A stretch of DNA of 64,000 nt from Syntrophorhabdaceae bacterium (GTDB lineage: Bacteria > Desulfobacterota > Syntrophorhabdia > Syntrophorhabdales > Syntrophorhabdaceae). The stretch spans positions 85,296-149,295 of the forward strand of contig DASXUJ010000088.1 in assembly GCA_036504895.1 (NCBI GenBank). Direction: 5' to 3'. The notes beneath the pieces were generated by a model, which made no database searches, was not told the DNA's origin, and saw only the letters and a program-made list of their open reading frames with translations. Positions 1 through 9,685 of this stretch are shown here, piece after piece. Within the stretch, counting starts at the first letter, position 1; each line of letters begins with the position of its first letter. The position numbers were made by a program, and so were the translations under genes.

Positions 1-153
1 GGCCACTTTCATGGCTTCGCTTATCTCTCCCGGATCATAGCTCGAGGAGGCAAAAAATACTATAAAAGTGGGGTTAAATTGCCCTATTTGAGCCTTAATA
101 TCTGCGCCTATACCTGAAATTTCTTTTTCCGAACATGCTGTTCTAATCGTCAT
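1..153 (-). CDS. FIST-domain protein, N-terminal fragment (gene runs off the left edge)
   Basis: ATG at 153-151 with AGGAGG about 9 nt upstream. The translation MTIRTACSEKEISGIGADIKAQIGQFNPTFIVFFASSSYDPGEISEAMKVA resembles the start of FIST_N domains. Confidence 0.5.
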   Translation of the reverse strand, partial: MTIRTACSEKEISGIGADIKAQIGQFNPTFIVFFASSSYDPGEISEAMKVA

Positions 154-165
154 TTTTCTTCCCTC

Positions 166-369
166 CTACTGTAATGAAACGCTTAATTCCCGCGCGATCT
201 CTCTTATTTTATCGATAATTGCAGGGTCATCCGGCGAGGCGGAATTATACCTGTCCGGGTCTATACCCTTGAGAACGATCTTTGTTTTCGTGGTCATTGC
301 AACAACCGAACTTCCTTTGGATCTTTGTGAAATGATTGAATCGAGCATCAGTTTGATCTTACCGGCCAT
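166..369 (-). CDS. Small hypothetical protein (67 aa), probably co-transcribed with the FIST gene
   Basis: ORF with AAGGAG upstream of the ATG at 369. Its stop lies 12 nt before the FIST ATG. No family recognised. Confidence 0.5.
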   Translation of the reverse strand: MAGKIKLMLDSIISQRSKGSSVVAMTTKTKIVLKGIDPDRYNSASPDDPAIIDKIREIARELSVSLQ

Positions 370-533
370 ATCCTCTCCTTTTGCTGTTCATTAATATCCT
401 GCATACCACAGAGAAAACCCGGGGCGGCAGTTCCTGTCCCCTGCGTTTTACCGTGATCTTTATCGGAAAGATAAGCTTTGGCTTAAGGGTCTCCAACCGG
501 TCTTCGTCGGGAGGAAGAATTGGGGGAAAGTGT

Positions 534-1013
534 TCAATAATCGAAAGGAAAAAGGGATGGCCGTTCGTCTCCCGGAGTCAGTACCGTGCTCTCCACACAT
601 TTGCCCGTCGATTTTGGTCCGCACTTGGTCCCGTCGGTCCAGGTGGAACCCGAAAACTCCGCCCCGGCCACTTTGGCACCGTCCATGTTCGCTCCATTTA
701 GATTAGCCCCGGCAAGATAGGCATTGGATAGATTCACGTTCGAAAGATCCGCATTTTTAATATAAGCGGTAGAGAGGTTCGCCCCGGAGAGGTCGGCGCC
801 CGAAAGTCGCGCCTCCGAAAGATTGGCGCCCGAAAGATCCGCGCTCTGAAGCTGGGACCCGGAGAGATCGGCGCCCCTGAGATCGCACCATTGGCAGCTG
901 TTCATCGCAAAGAGCTTCTCCATGTCTGCCTGGCGAAATGCCTGCGCAGCAGCAGGCATGAGCATACACACCGAGATGAGACAGATCGACGATAGGAATT
1001 TCGCTCTGGTCAC
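534..1013 (-). CDS. Secreted pentapeptide-repeat protein
   Basis: Runs of A(D/N)LSG pentapeptides (ADLSGSQLQSADLSGANLSEARLSGADLSGANLS...). GTG at 1013 is preceded by GGGAGGTG and gives a signal peptide ending AQA-F. The ATG at 1040 has no RBS. Confidence 0.8.
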   Translation of the reverse strand: MTRAKFLSSICLISVCMLMPAAAQAFRQADMEKLFAMNSCQWCDLRGADLSGSQLQSADLSGANLSEARLSGADLSGANLSTAYIKNADLSNVNLSNAYLAGANLNGANMDGAKVAGAEFSGSTWTDGTKCGPKSTGKCVESTVLTPGDERPSLFPFDY

Positions 1014-1164
1014 ACTACACCTCCCGAAAGATAAGATCATTCTTATTATCGTCTTTTGCGGCGAATACGTAAGTTTTCTTTATCTCCTCTCGCGTCAGCT
1101 CATTGACATTCCTTGAGTGGATGATGATCATAAATACACATAATGACGGAAAAGGAGATCAGGC

Positions 1165-1674
1165 ATGGAAAGAAAAGGCATGGTGACATTCGCGGGAAAC
1201 GCGCTTACCCTGGTGGGAATGGAAGTGAAAATTGGCGACAAGGCGCCGTCCTTTAAGGTTCTTGATAAGGAACTAAAGGAGGTGACCCTCTCTGACTACG
1301 AAGGAAAAATAAAAATCATAAGCGTCACTCCTTCCCTCGATACCCCGGTATGTAATCTTCAGGCAAAGACATTCAATAAAGAGGCCCAGGCACTTTCCGC
1401 AGATGTGGCGGTCCTGAACGTGAGCATGGACCTTCCCTTTGCTATCGCACGGTTTTGTGCGAGCGAAGGGATCGATAAAGTGGAGACCCTCTCCGACCAT
1501 CGGGATGCCTCTTTCGGAAACGCTTACGGTGTCCTTGTGAAAGAGCTGAGGCTCCTTGCGCGCGCTATTTTCGTCATCGATAAATCCAATATCATCAGAT
1601 ATATTGAAATTGTACCGGAGATGACGAAGGAGCCCGATTATAGCAAGGCCCTCGCCGCCGTCAAAAATATCTGA
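1165..1674 (+). CDS. tpx: Thiol peroxidase (atypical 2-Cys peroxiredoxin Tpx)
   Basis: Full-length Tpx-like translation with the SVTPSLDTPVC peroxidatic-Cys motif and a FCASEG second Cys. AAGGAG RBS. Confidence 0.9.
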   Translation: MERKGMVTFAGNALTLVGMEVKIGDKAPSFKVLDKELKEVTLSDYEGKIKIISVTPSLDTPVCNLQAKTFNKEAQALSADVAVLNVSMDLPFAIARFCASEGIDKVETLSDHRDASFGNAYGVLVKELRLLARAIFVIDKSNIIRYIEIVPEMTKEPDYSKALAAVKNI

Positions 1675-1816
1675 GGTCGAAGGTAAAGCAGATTTACGCA
1701 TATCTCCCTTCCCCCGGGACCGTCAGTATAGAACAGCCCGGTGCCCGGAAAAAGGGAGATACACTGTTTCATTATCTGCAAAATCGTTTGCGCCGACAAT
1801 TTTGATAGGGGAAAGG

Positions 1817-2095
1817 TCAGGGCCTTTGGACGATCTCCCTGATCCATACTTCGCTCAGGCCATATTTTCTGGCGAGAGGCTTGTGGTTTGCACCGGTGAA
1901 CTCACTCCGTATAAGGGCATCCCTTTTCTTTATGAGCACCTTATCCAGTTGCTGAAAATAATACCCGAGGCCGCCAAGTGTATCCGACAGTTTGACGGCA
2001 TTTTCCACCCCCACCACCATGGCTACATCACGGTAACTCTCGGGAAGGTCCTCGAGGGTTACCTGGTCTACGACATGGGACATCCATTTCTTCAT
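1817..2095 (-). CDS. mor: Mor-family (phage Mu middle operon regulator-like) transcription activator
   Basis: The C-terminal part ...KKRDALIRSEFTGANHKPLARKYGLSEVWIREIV is typical of the Mor HTH. ATG at 2095 follows AAGGAGG; the longer GTG start at 2134 has no RBS. Confidence 0.7.
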   Translation of the reverse strand: MKKWMSHVVDQVTLEDLPESYRDVAMVVGVENAVKLSDTLGGLGYYFQQLDKVLIKKRDALIRSEFTGANHKPLARKYGLSEVWIREIVQRP

Positions 2096-2141
2096 ATATA
2101 TACGCCCTCCTTGGTTATACTGAGGCAGCGACACGAGCCGG

Positions 2142-2645
2142 TCAGGCCGCCTCTTTATCAGCTATTCGTTCGGTGTTAGGCTCTACTAATAGCTGATCTT
2201 CCGTTTTCAGCAAGGCACCAACTTTTGCAAGGGTGCCGGCGTCAAGGCTTTTCATAGCTTCTTTGTCCGGCTCTTTCGAAATGCGCAGAAATGCGGCTAA
2301 ACCCATTGCCTCCAGGGCGGCCACTGTCGCTTTTTTCGATCTGACGGTGATACGGTGCACTACCCTGAATGATATGGTGCCAAAGGTGAGTTCCTTCGAT
2401 CTCACCTTTGCAAACTCCTCCTTTCTCTCAAGGGCAAAGGCCTCAATTCCGGCCTCCATGTTCTTTCTGTCCCTTTTCAATCCCTCTGCCCTCTTCTCAT
2501 AATCGGCCCTGATTTCGTTGACCCTGAGGGTCATATCTCCTTCCAGGCGTGCAAGCCTGATATCGATCTCCCCCAATTTTCTCAATGCCCGATCCACATC
2601 GTTCCAATCCCGGTATTCGCTCGCTGCCGATTCTTTTTTCATCAT
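2142..2645 (-). CDS. gam: Phage Mu Gam-like host-nuclease inhibitor (Ku-like DNA-end binding protein)
   Basis: 167 aa with an N-terminal coiled coil (IDIRLARLEGDMTLRVNEIRADYEKR) and then ...LTFGTISFRVV...LEAMGLAAFLRISKEPDKEAM, which follows the Mu Gam architecture. GAGGAG RBS. Confidence 0.75.
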   Translation of the reverse strand: MMKKESAASEYRDWNDVDRALRKLGEIDIRLARLEGDMTLRVNEIRADYEKRAEGLKRDRKNMEAGIEAFALERKEEFAKVRSKELTFGTISFRVVHRITVRSKKATVAALEAMGLAAFLRISKEPDKEAMKSLDAGTLAKVGALLKTEDQLLVEPNTERIADKEAA

Positions 2646-3056
2646 CGTCTCCTCATTCTCACGTTTATTGCGTTAATCCCGGCCTCTGTTTCAAATCCCC
2701 GGCTCTCCATGATCTATGTTTCAATATCACGACGCTTGTGGGCATATCGTAATGCTTCCTGACAATAAGGCGGGAACCCTGCCGCACGCGCAAAATCGGA
2801 GTAACGATTCCTCGCGTGTGATTACGGTGCGGCAGGATGCGAAGGGGGGCACGTCGAGGAAAGGGGAGGGAAGAAAGGCAGGAAGGCAATGCGGCCATTT
2901 GTGTGCACAGCCGCGCCTCGAATGAATCTGGTATTTTCAGATTGCGATTTTTTAAAAAACAATTTAAAATTACGCAAGGTCTTATTATGAATACGGCGAA
3001 ATCCATGCTCTTTTTCTTTCCTGTATGCGTGCTCACAAGTATATTATACCATCACT

Positions 3057-3073
3057 TTGACAATCATTGTCAA
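3057..3073. promoter_or_regulatory. Perfect 8-1-8 palindrome TTGACAATCATTGTCAA, putative repressor operator
   Basis: Lies 30-46 bp upstream of the repressor ATG in the divergent Gam/repressor intergenic region. An extra half-site TTGTCA is at 3082-3087 and TGACAAT at 2760-2766. Confidence 0.5.
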
Positions 3074-3102
3074 GATGAAAGTTGTCATCATGGAACTTTT
3101 TT

Positions 3103-3816
3103 ATGACCCCTTCTTCTAGCGAGATACTGGATAGGATTATAACTGTAAAAAACCTTAAAAATGATGCGGGGTTAGCCCGATACTTGAAGGTGCGGCCCGC
3201 AATTATTTCTAATTGGCGCACCAGGGGGACAATCCCTTATGATATGTTGTTTTCAATATGTGAACAAGATGGCTTTACTCTTGACTTCATCATATCAGGC
3301 AGGGGCCCTATTTATTTCGGTGACTCAGTGGGGGTGATGGGTGATGCGCCTTCCAGAGGCGGCGTCGCCGGAGTAGAGGAAAGGGCGAAAGCTTATGCAC
3401 CCGGCAATGATGAATTCGTTTATATTTCTCAGGTTACGGGAAGGATCAGCGCAGGCAAGGGCCGTATTCCCGAAAATTCTGTAGACGTAAAGATTGCCTT
3501 CAGAAGAGAGTGGATCAAAAGGAAGGGCAGACCGGAGAACATGGTTCTTATAAAAGTCGATGGCGACAGCATGGAGCCGTCTCTTATGTCGGGAGACTTG
3601 GTCCTCATTGATCGTAATCGCGATTTTATCGATCCCCAAGGGGGCATTTATGCTCTGGCTCTCGAGGATATTATCATGATTAAACGCGTTCAAATTCTCA
3701 CCGACAGGGTAAAGATTCTAAGCGATAATCCCAAATATGAGGCCTTTGATGTCCCTTCAGATAGAATAAAAGTGAACGGAAAAGTGATCTGGTTTGCGAG
3801 GGAGTTGGAGAGATAA
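3103..3816 (+). CDS. Phage CI/LexA-like repressor (N-terminal CI-type HTH, C-terminal S24 peptidase)
   Basis: N-terminus ..LARYLKVRPAIISNWRTRGTIPYDMLFSICEQ (CI-repressor HTH type). C-terminus GDSMEPSLMSGDLVLIDR...MIKRV carries the S24 Ser/Lys dyad motifs. Confidence 0.8.
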   Translation: MTPSSSEILDRIITVKNLKNDAGLARYLKVRPAIISNWRTRGTIPYDMLFSICEQDGFTLDFIISGRGPIYFGDSVGVMGDAPSRGGVAGVEERAKAYAPGNDEFVYISQVTGRISAGKGRIPENSVDVKIAFRREWIKRKGRPENMVLIKVDGDSMEPSLMSGDLVLIDRNRDFIDPQGGIYALALEDIIMIKRVQILTDRVKILSDNPKYEAFDVPSDRIKVNGKVIWFARELER

Positions 3817-3851
3817 TACCCCGATCACCTCACCACTGAAGAGAAGGGCCG

Positions 3852-5447
3852 TCATGGGCCGAAGGTGAACTTCTTTCCGGCAAACTGCCTGAGACAGGCA
3901 TCTACTGCGTGCCGATCGTACAGAGTACCTCTGTTTTCTTTTATCTCATCGAGTGCTTTTTCAATTCCGAGAGACGGCCTGTACGGCCTATGGGACGCCA
4001 TGGACTCGACCACGTCGGCAACCGATATTATTCTCGCCTCTAAGTTTATTTTCTTGCCCCTGAGACCGTGTGGATATCCGCTGCCATCAAGGCGTTCGTG
4101 GTGCTGGAGTACAATTTCAGCAATGGGATAATCGAATTCGATGTCTTTTAGTATCTCGTATCCTGCCTCCGAGTGATCCCTCAAGACCGCATATTCATGC
4201 ACGCTGATTCTGCCCGGCCGCGCGAGGATCTCGGCAGGTACGGTAATCTTTCCAATATCATGAACCAAACCAGCAATCCGGATCGCTTTTATATGATCTT
4301 CGGTAAGTTTCATGTCGAGAGCTATTGCTTCTGCAAGGCGGGTAACCCTTATCTGGTGCCCGGCGGTATAAGGATCCCTTATTTCAATTGCCATAGACAG
4401 AGCCTTGATCGTCCCTTCCATTACGCGCTGAAGCCTCACATAACTCTCTTTCAGCTGTTCATCCGCTTTCTTGCGGGCGCTCACGTCTTCGACCGTCCCT
4501 TCATGCCATACGAAACTGCCCCGCTCGTCATACACAGCCCGCACGTTCATCGAGACCCAGATAGCTTTCCCGTCTCGCTTGCGATATTGGGTTTCGAACC
4601 CCTTCACATAGCCGTCTTTCTTAAGTCGTCTTCGGAGTTCCCGGTAATCGCGGGGATCGACGAATAGTTTCCCCTCCCCATTCATTTCGGTGCTGATAAA
4701 CTCTCCGGGGGAATTATATCCCAGCATGTGCGCGAGGGCTGCATTTGCCATTATGCAGACCCCATCCCCGTTGATCTGAAAAATCCCTTCTACCGCCTCT
4801 TCCACGATAGTCCGGTATTTACGAGCGCTTTCTCTTAGTTCTTCTTCTCCTATTTTTCGCTCCACCACCTCGTATTTCAGTTCTTCATACGCCTTTTCTA
4901 GCTCCCCCGTCCTTTCCCGGACCTTAGTTTCGAGCTCCCCCCTGGCTTCCACCAGTGCCTGCTCTGCCTCTTTCCTGCCCGTTATATCATTTCCGATGCA
5001 GATTATTTCTGTAATCCTGCCACTCAAATCGTAAATAGCCTTATTTGTCCAAAGCACCCACACCCTTTTTCCGTTTTTACATATATTCTCATTTTCATGC
5101 TCCATATACATGTCGGGGTTTTTCGAAATAGATTCCACGAGATGGACCGTCTGGCGGCCCGAGGATTCGATCAGGGGCACGAGGGTTCCTATGAGGTTTC
5201 TCCCTATGAGCTCTTCCTGCGTATATCCGAATAACTTTAGACCAAATTGATTGAGGAGCAGTATGTTTCCATCCGGATCAAGCCTGAGAATTATGCTGTT
5301 CGCAAGCTCCACCATCTCGCGGTATCGGGCTTCGCTCTTTTTCAGGCCATCTGCCGCCCTTTTGAGACGCCGTTCAGATTCCTGAGCCCGGGCAGCGATA
5401 TTTCGTGCCTCGGTTAATTCCTTCATGAGTTGTTCCTTTGTCATCAC
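3852..5447 (-). CDS. PAS-PAS-HD-GYP signalling protein (probable c-di-GMP phosphodiesterase)
   Basis: Two PAS-like segments, then HDIGKI...HHERLDGSGYPHGL, which is the HD-GYP signature. The start is either GTG 5447 or ATG 5444. Confidence 0.85.
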   Translation of the reverse strand: MMTKEQLMKELTEARNIAARAQESERRLKRAADGLKKSEARYREMVELANSIILRLDPDGNILLLNQFGLKLFGYTQEELIGRNLIGTLVPLIESSGRQTVHLVESISKNPDMYMEHENENICKNGKRVWVLWTNKAIYDLSGRITEIICIGNDITGRKEAEQALVEARGELETKVRERTGELEKAYEELKYEVVERKIGEEELRESARKYRTIVEEAVEGIFQINGDGVCIMANAALAHMLGYNSPGEFISTEMNGEGKLFVDPRDYRELRRRLKKDGYVKGFETQYRKRDGKAIWVSMNVRAVYDERGSFVWHEGTVEDVSARKKADEQLKESYVRLQRVMEGTIKALSMAIEIRDPYTAGHQIRVTRLAEAIALDMKLTEDHIKAIRIAGLVHDIGKITVPAEILARPGRISVHEYAVLRDHSEAGYEILKDIEFDYPIAEIVLQHHERLDGSGYPHGLRGKKINLEARIISVADVVESMASHRPYRPSLGIEKALDEIKENRGTLYDRHAVDACLRQFAGKKFTFGP

Positions 5448-5640
5448 TCCCCCCGTGCGATCCCGTTGAATCTTTCTCTCACAAAGGCAGCTGGATTACA
5501 ATTAAAAAATACACGGTTCAGGCCGGGCAGGGTAAGTCGTATGATGCCTTTCCTCCGGTGAGGCGTGAGTAGCCGTTCGTTGACAAAAATCTATTGAATA
5601 CTTACAGAAGGAATAGACGAATCGATAAGGAGGATGGTTT

Positions 5641-5808
5641 ATGACTCAGGAAAAATATATTTGCAGAAAATGCGGCATAGAGTTCAGCGCGATCCCGGGA
5701 GCCGAAGAGCCTCCCGAGTGCCCTGAATGTGAAAGTGATGAAATAGAGAAACTTGAGCATTCGACATGGACCGGCGGCACCGAACCGGAGTGCAAGCCTA
5801 ACCCCTAG
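5641..5808 (+). CDS. Zinc-ribbon protein (FmdB/CxxC-CxxC type), 55 aa, below the ORF-track cutoff
   Basis: AAGGAGG RBS followed by MTQEKYICRKCGIEFSAIPGAEEPPECPECESDEIEKL..., with two CxxC knuckles in FmdB-like spacing. Confidence 0.6.
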   Translation: MTQEKYICRKCGIEFSAIPGAEEPPECPECESDEIEKLEHSTWTGGTEPECKPNP

Positions 5809-5960
5809 GTTGTTCTGTTGAAACAGGGGGACGGGCTATCGGAAAAAAGGCTATGCGAGCATGGCGCGCTCTCCCACCATCCATTGATTCACTGTCCTCA
5901 CTCTTCTCCCCGTAAAATCATTTATTCAGCCCTTCTTTCCCGGGACCGCACGGTGAGCCG

Positions 5961-6572
5961 GTGAACGGGGTTATCGCCCATATGGCGCCTTACATTTACC
6001 GTTACGGCTGGTGGGCCGTGGCCGCAGCCATTCTCCCGGAAGGGTTCGGCATTCCCCTGCCGGGAGAGTCGACATTGATCGCAGCCTGTCTTGTGGCAGC
6101 TAAAGATCGCATCTCCTTATTTCCTATCATCGCTGCCGCATTTACGGCAGCCGCCCTTGGCAACACTATCGGATATGGTCTCGGTTTCTACGGGGGGCGA
6201 CCCCTGGTCCTGCGTTACGGCCGTTTTCTGTTGATCACGGACGCAGGCCTTGGGAGAACGGAAAAATTCTTTCTTCGATATGGCGGCGTGATCATCCTGG
6301 TGTCGCGATTCCTGGACGTGTTCCGCCAACTGAACGGCGTGGTAGCAGGTCTCACCTCCATGCCTTTTCTCAAGTTCCAGATATATAATATTTTGGGGGC
6401 GGCTCTTTGGGTGGGGTGTTGCGCCGGCCTCGCCTTCGGGTTCAGCTATGGCATAGAGGACATGCACCTGACCTTCACAAAAATAAGATATGTCCTTCTC
6501 GCCGTCCTCTTTATCGCCTCGATTGCAGCCCTGATCTATCGTCTGAGAGCACGTTCCACCGGAAAAGGCTAA
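5961..6572 (+). CDS. DedA-family membrane protein
   Basis: The motif ..FGIPLPGESTLIAA.. plus ..RFLDVFRQLNGVVAGL.. and multiple TM segments are typical of DedA/SNARE-associated proteins. The start is uncertain (GTG 5961 or ATG 5982). Confidence 0.8.
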   Translation: MNGVIAHMAPYIYRYGWWAVAAAILPEGFGIPLPGESTLIAACLVAAKDRISLFPIIAAAFTAAALGNTIGYGLGFYGGRPLVLRYGRFLLITDAGLGRTEKFFLRYGGVIILVSRFLDVFRQLNGVVAGLTSMPFLKFQIYNILGAALWVGCCAGLAFGFSYGIEDMHLTFTKIRYVLLAVLFIASIAALIYRLRARSTGKG

Positions 6573-6668
6573 AGTCGGCGTGATATGGGGCCCTCAACTG
6601 CTCTTGCCCGGTAAGAGCAACCGGGAGGAACAGGACCGCCTCTGCGAGAAAGGGCCCGTGGGCCTTTG

Positions 6669-9362
6669 CTATTTCCCCGACATCTGCTTCAGGGTCTGTT
6701 CGAGCTTCTTAAGCTGCTCTCCATATCCAGCCCAGTCGCCCTGCCTCTGTAAGGTCTTTGCACGCTCAAGGATCTGTGCCGCATCCCTGGCAAGGTCCTG
6801 AATGCCTGTTTTTGCTGGAGGAGCGAACGCCTTTTCAGGAGAAGCGGAAGGGGGAGGGGCCTTCGCATTCCCGAAAAGAGAGGCGAGGCACTGCTCGAGA
6901 TTCTCCTCCATGACCACATGATTTTCATATGCCGCGACCACCCGTCTCAGCTCCGGAAGTCCTCCCTTGTCTTCAGCTGAGAGAAAGAGGGGCTGAATAT
7001 AGAGGAGTGATTTCTCTATCGGGATGATCTGAAGGCTTCCCCGTATTACCTGGGAGCCCCGCTGACCCCAAAGGGTGAGCTGCTGAGAAATATAGGAATC
7101 CTGATCGATCCTCGCATCGACCTGGCGGGGTCCGAATACGAGCCTGTCTCTCGGAAAGGTATAGACGATCAGCCTTCCATAGTTGGGCTCATCACAACGT
7201 GCGGCAAACCAGGCCGCAAGATTGTCTCTTTTCGAAGGGGTGTAGGGCATGAGAAGAACGTATTCCTCCCGTTTTTCCTCGGGCAGCTTCATGATCAGGT
7301 AGTAAGGCGACATGGCCTTCTCTCCACGGACCGGTATCTCCCACAGATCCTCTTTATTGTAGAACACCTTCGGATCTTTCATATGATAGGTAGCATAAAG
7401 AGAGGTCTGGACCTTAAAAAAATCTTTGGGGTAGCGCACGTGCCCCCGGAGCGCAGCCGGCATTTCCGCGAGAGGCGTGAAGAGGTGGGGAAAGATAGAC
7501 TGGTAGACCTTCGCGACCATATCTTCACGGTCGCTTAGATAAAACCTGGTCGTGCCGTTGTACGCATCTACGGTCACCTTGACCGAGTTCCTCATATAGT
7601 TTATGCCGTTTTTGAGCGGCTTCGAGTAGGGAAGGCGGTCCGAAACCGTGTAGGCGTCTATTATCCAGTGGAGGGTGCCGTCATCGGATGCCACAATGTA
7701 AGGGTCCGAATCGTAAAGGAGAAAAGGGGCGATCATCCGCACTCTCTCAACCACGTTCCTATTGTAGAGTATCCTGCTCTGGCTTGTGATCTCGCCGGTA
7801 AGAGGTATTTTGGCAGTTTTGAAGTAGGCGGCGAAGAGTGCCCGTTTCAGAAGGGAGTCGAGTCGTATTCCTCCTTTGCCCTTGTAAGAGGTGTAGACGT
7901 TCCCGTCGACGGTGGGATAACTGAATTCAGGGACTTTAGTATTTACGATCACATAATCATCGGTCAATTCCCCGTAATAGATCTCGGGAGTGGTGATTTT
8001 CACGCCTACGTTGGAGACGGGCGGTATATCTTTGATGATAAACTCCGGGAGGCCTTCCTTCGAGATCCTGCTCGCATAGCCCATTACCACGCCGTTTCCG
8101 TGGGTAAAGACCAGTTTTTCATTGATCCAGGATCTGCTCGGGAGATCGTCATAAGAAAGCTCGCGGGCGGAGAGCATTACCTGGCGGTACTCCCCTCCGA
8201 TAGTGTACCGGTCGTTGTCGATCCCGTGAAACCGGTAGTAGGTCCTGATCTGCTGAAGCTGGCTGTAAGTCTTGAGAAGGGGCGACTCGTCCCAGAGCCT
8301 CACGTTCTTGAGGGTAGTTTCGTTGTTTTTGAGGTCTTTTTGAGTAAGGTTGAAGGATACGTCGAAAGGCACGACCTGCACCTTGCCGAGGTTATACCCG
8401 TATTGGGTGAGGGCCACGTGGTGGGCGATAAAAGGCTCCTCCAGGGCAAGCTCGCTGGGGGCTACCTTGAAGTTCTGGAGGGCCGCCGGGTAAATGCCCG
8501 CCCCTACTATATAGAGCACAATAAGGATCACCGAAGGATAGAGGGCAAGCTTCCACCTGTCTTTCCACAGCCCATAGGCAAAGACGAGACCTCCCGCCAC
8601 CGTGAGGGGCACGAGGGCGCCCAGGGCAATAAGCCTCCCGTAGACATCGGCATATCCGGCGCCTGTAATGACGCTGTGGCTCCCGTAGAGGGTCCCGAAC
8701 CGTTCCAGGTAAAAGCCGAGGGCAAGTTTTATGAAAAAAAGGAGCGCCAAAACCGCGAGATGGGTCTTTGCCTGCCTCAGAAACGAGATGGTCCGTCCGA
8801 AGAGGACGACCCCGCCCCTCATGGTATAGATCGCCGCAGTGATAAGAAGGGTAAAGAAGAGGAGGAATCCCACGTATCCGTTCAGTGCCTCCCAGAAAGG
8901 CAGCCTGAAGAGATAGAAGCTCAGATCGAGGCCGAAGAGGGGGTCTTTTGTGCCCGTAGCCACGGAATTGAAAAAGAGGAGCGCCTGGGTCCAAAGACTT
9001 GCCCCCCAAAGACCGGCCATTACCCCTCCGAGAAGGGCGATCACAAGGCCTACGGGCTGCAATACCCCCACGAACTTGCTCGGGTCTACGGCAATTCTCA
9101 TGCGATTCATGAGCACTACATCAATGGAAGGCGTTTTTCCCCTGCACGCGAGGAGCACATTGATACCCACGAAGAAAAGGAAGAGGGCGCCGAAACCGAC
9201 CCCTGTAGCAACCTCCGCGGACATGGCCTTGGCGAATACGCTTTGAAAGCCGAGCTCGGAGAAAAAGAGCCAATCGACATAGATGCCGACCCCTTTGGAA
9301 GCGCTATAGAGAATTATTATAAGTACGGCTACCATAATGGCACGGCCGAATCTGCGCGTCAT
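6669..9362 (-). CDS. UPF0182-family large membrane protein
   Basis: 897 aa with an N-terminal polytopic region (YVDWLFFSELGFQSVF) and a large soluble C-terminal part, as in UPF0182/COG1615. GGAGGT RBS. Confidence 0.8.
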   Translation of the reverse strand: MTRRFGRAIMVAVLIIILYSASKGVGIYVDWLFFSELGFQSVFAKAMSAEVATGVGFGALFLFFVGINVLLACRGKTPSIDVVLMNRMRIAVDPSKFVGVLQPVGLVIALLGGVMAGLWGASLWTQALLFFNSVATGTKDPLFGLDLSFYLFRLPFWEALNGYVGFLLFFTLLITAAIYTMRGGVVLFGRTISFLRQAKTHLAVLALLFFIKLALGFYLERFGTLYGSHSVITGAGYADVYGRLIALGALVPLTVAGGLVFAYGLWKDRWKLALYPSVILIVLYIVGAGIYPAALQNFKVAPSELALEEPFIAHHVALTQYGYNLGKVQVVPFDVSFNLTQKDLKNNETTLKNVRLWDESPLLKTYSQLQQIRTYYRFHGIDNDRYTIGGEYRQVMLSARELSYDDLPSRSWINEKLVFTHGNGVVMGYASRISKEGLPEFIIKDIPPVSNVGVKITTPEIYYGELTDDYVIVNTKVPEFSYPTVDGNVYTSYKGKGGIRLDSLLKRALFAAYFKTAKIPLTGEITSQSRILYNRNVVERVRMIAPFLLYDSDPYIVASDDGTLHWIIDAYTVSDRLPYSKPLKNGINYMRNSVKVTVDAYNGTTRFYLSDREDMVAKVYQSIFPHLFTPLAEMPAALRGHVRYPKDFFKVQTSLYATYHMKDPKVFYNKEDLWEIPVRGEKAMSPYYLIMKLPEEKREEYVLLMPYTPSKRDNLAAWFAARCDEPNYGRLIVYTFPRDRLVFGPRQVDARIDQDSYISQQLTLWGQRGSQVIRGSLQIIPIEKSLLYIQPLFLSAEDKGGLPELRRVVAAYENHVVMEENLEQCLASLFGNAKAPPPSASPEKAFAPPAKTGIQDLARDAAQILERAKTLQRQGDWAGYGEQLKKLEQTLKQMSGK

Positions 9363-9629
9363 ACTTTACCTCCAATTCCGCTTGGGGCGGATTTCCCTGG
9401 TTTCACCGCAGCGGGGTCAATGGGACCCTCTCTTTTTCAATAGCCTTTCGGAAGCCTATTCTGAGTGATTCTAATCTTATGGAAAGAAATATGCAATTAC
9501 ATTCTGGGGCGGCGAAAGACCTGCCCCATATGGAGGATAGGCCTCTAAGTCATCCTCGTCAGGCACTATGTTTCGGGCAGACTGCTGCCGGTATCGTCGC
9601 GGTATCGCTCGTGAAGATGTCTCTTTTTA

Positions 9630-9657
9630 TTGATCTTCTCCATCGAAACCCTAGAAT
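9630..9657 (+). promoter_or_regulatory. Sigma70-like promoter TTGATC-16 nt-TAGAAT
   Basis: The hexamers at 9630-9635 and 9652-9657 lie about 30 nt upstream of the ATG at 9686. Confidence 0.4.
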
Positions 9658-9685
9658 GATATGTATAAAACAAGAAGGAGGCCTT

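Noticed and set aside
1817-3816. Possibility that the Gam/Mor/repressor genes mark an intact Mu-like prophage
   Set aside because: There is no transposase A/B, Ner, lysis, head or tail genes, and no att or end repeats in the flanks. The flanks are housekeeping tpx and an HD-GYP gene. I report it only as an orphan cassette.
7668-9443. 591-aa plus-strand ORF, the longest unassigned ORF in the track
   Set aside because: It lies entirely antisense to the well-supported UPF0182 gene. Its translation is low-complexity (rich in G, E, R, H, P and D) with no recognisable domain and no RBS. This is a typical shadow ORF of GC-rich DNA.
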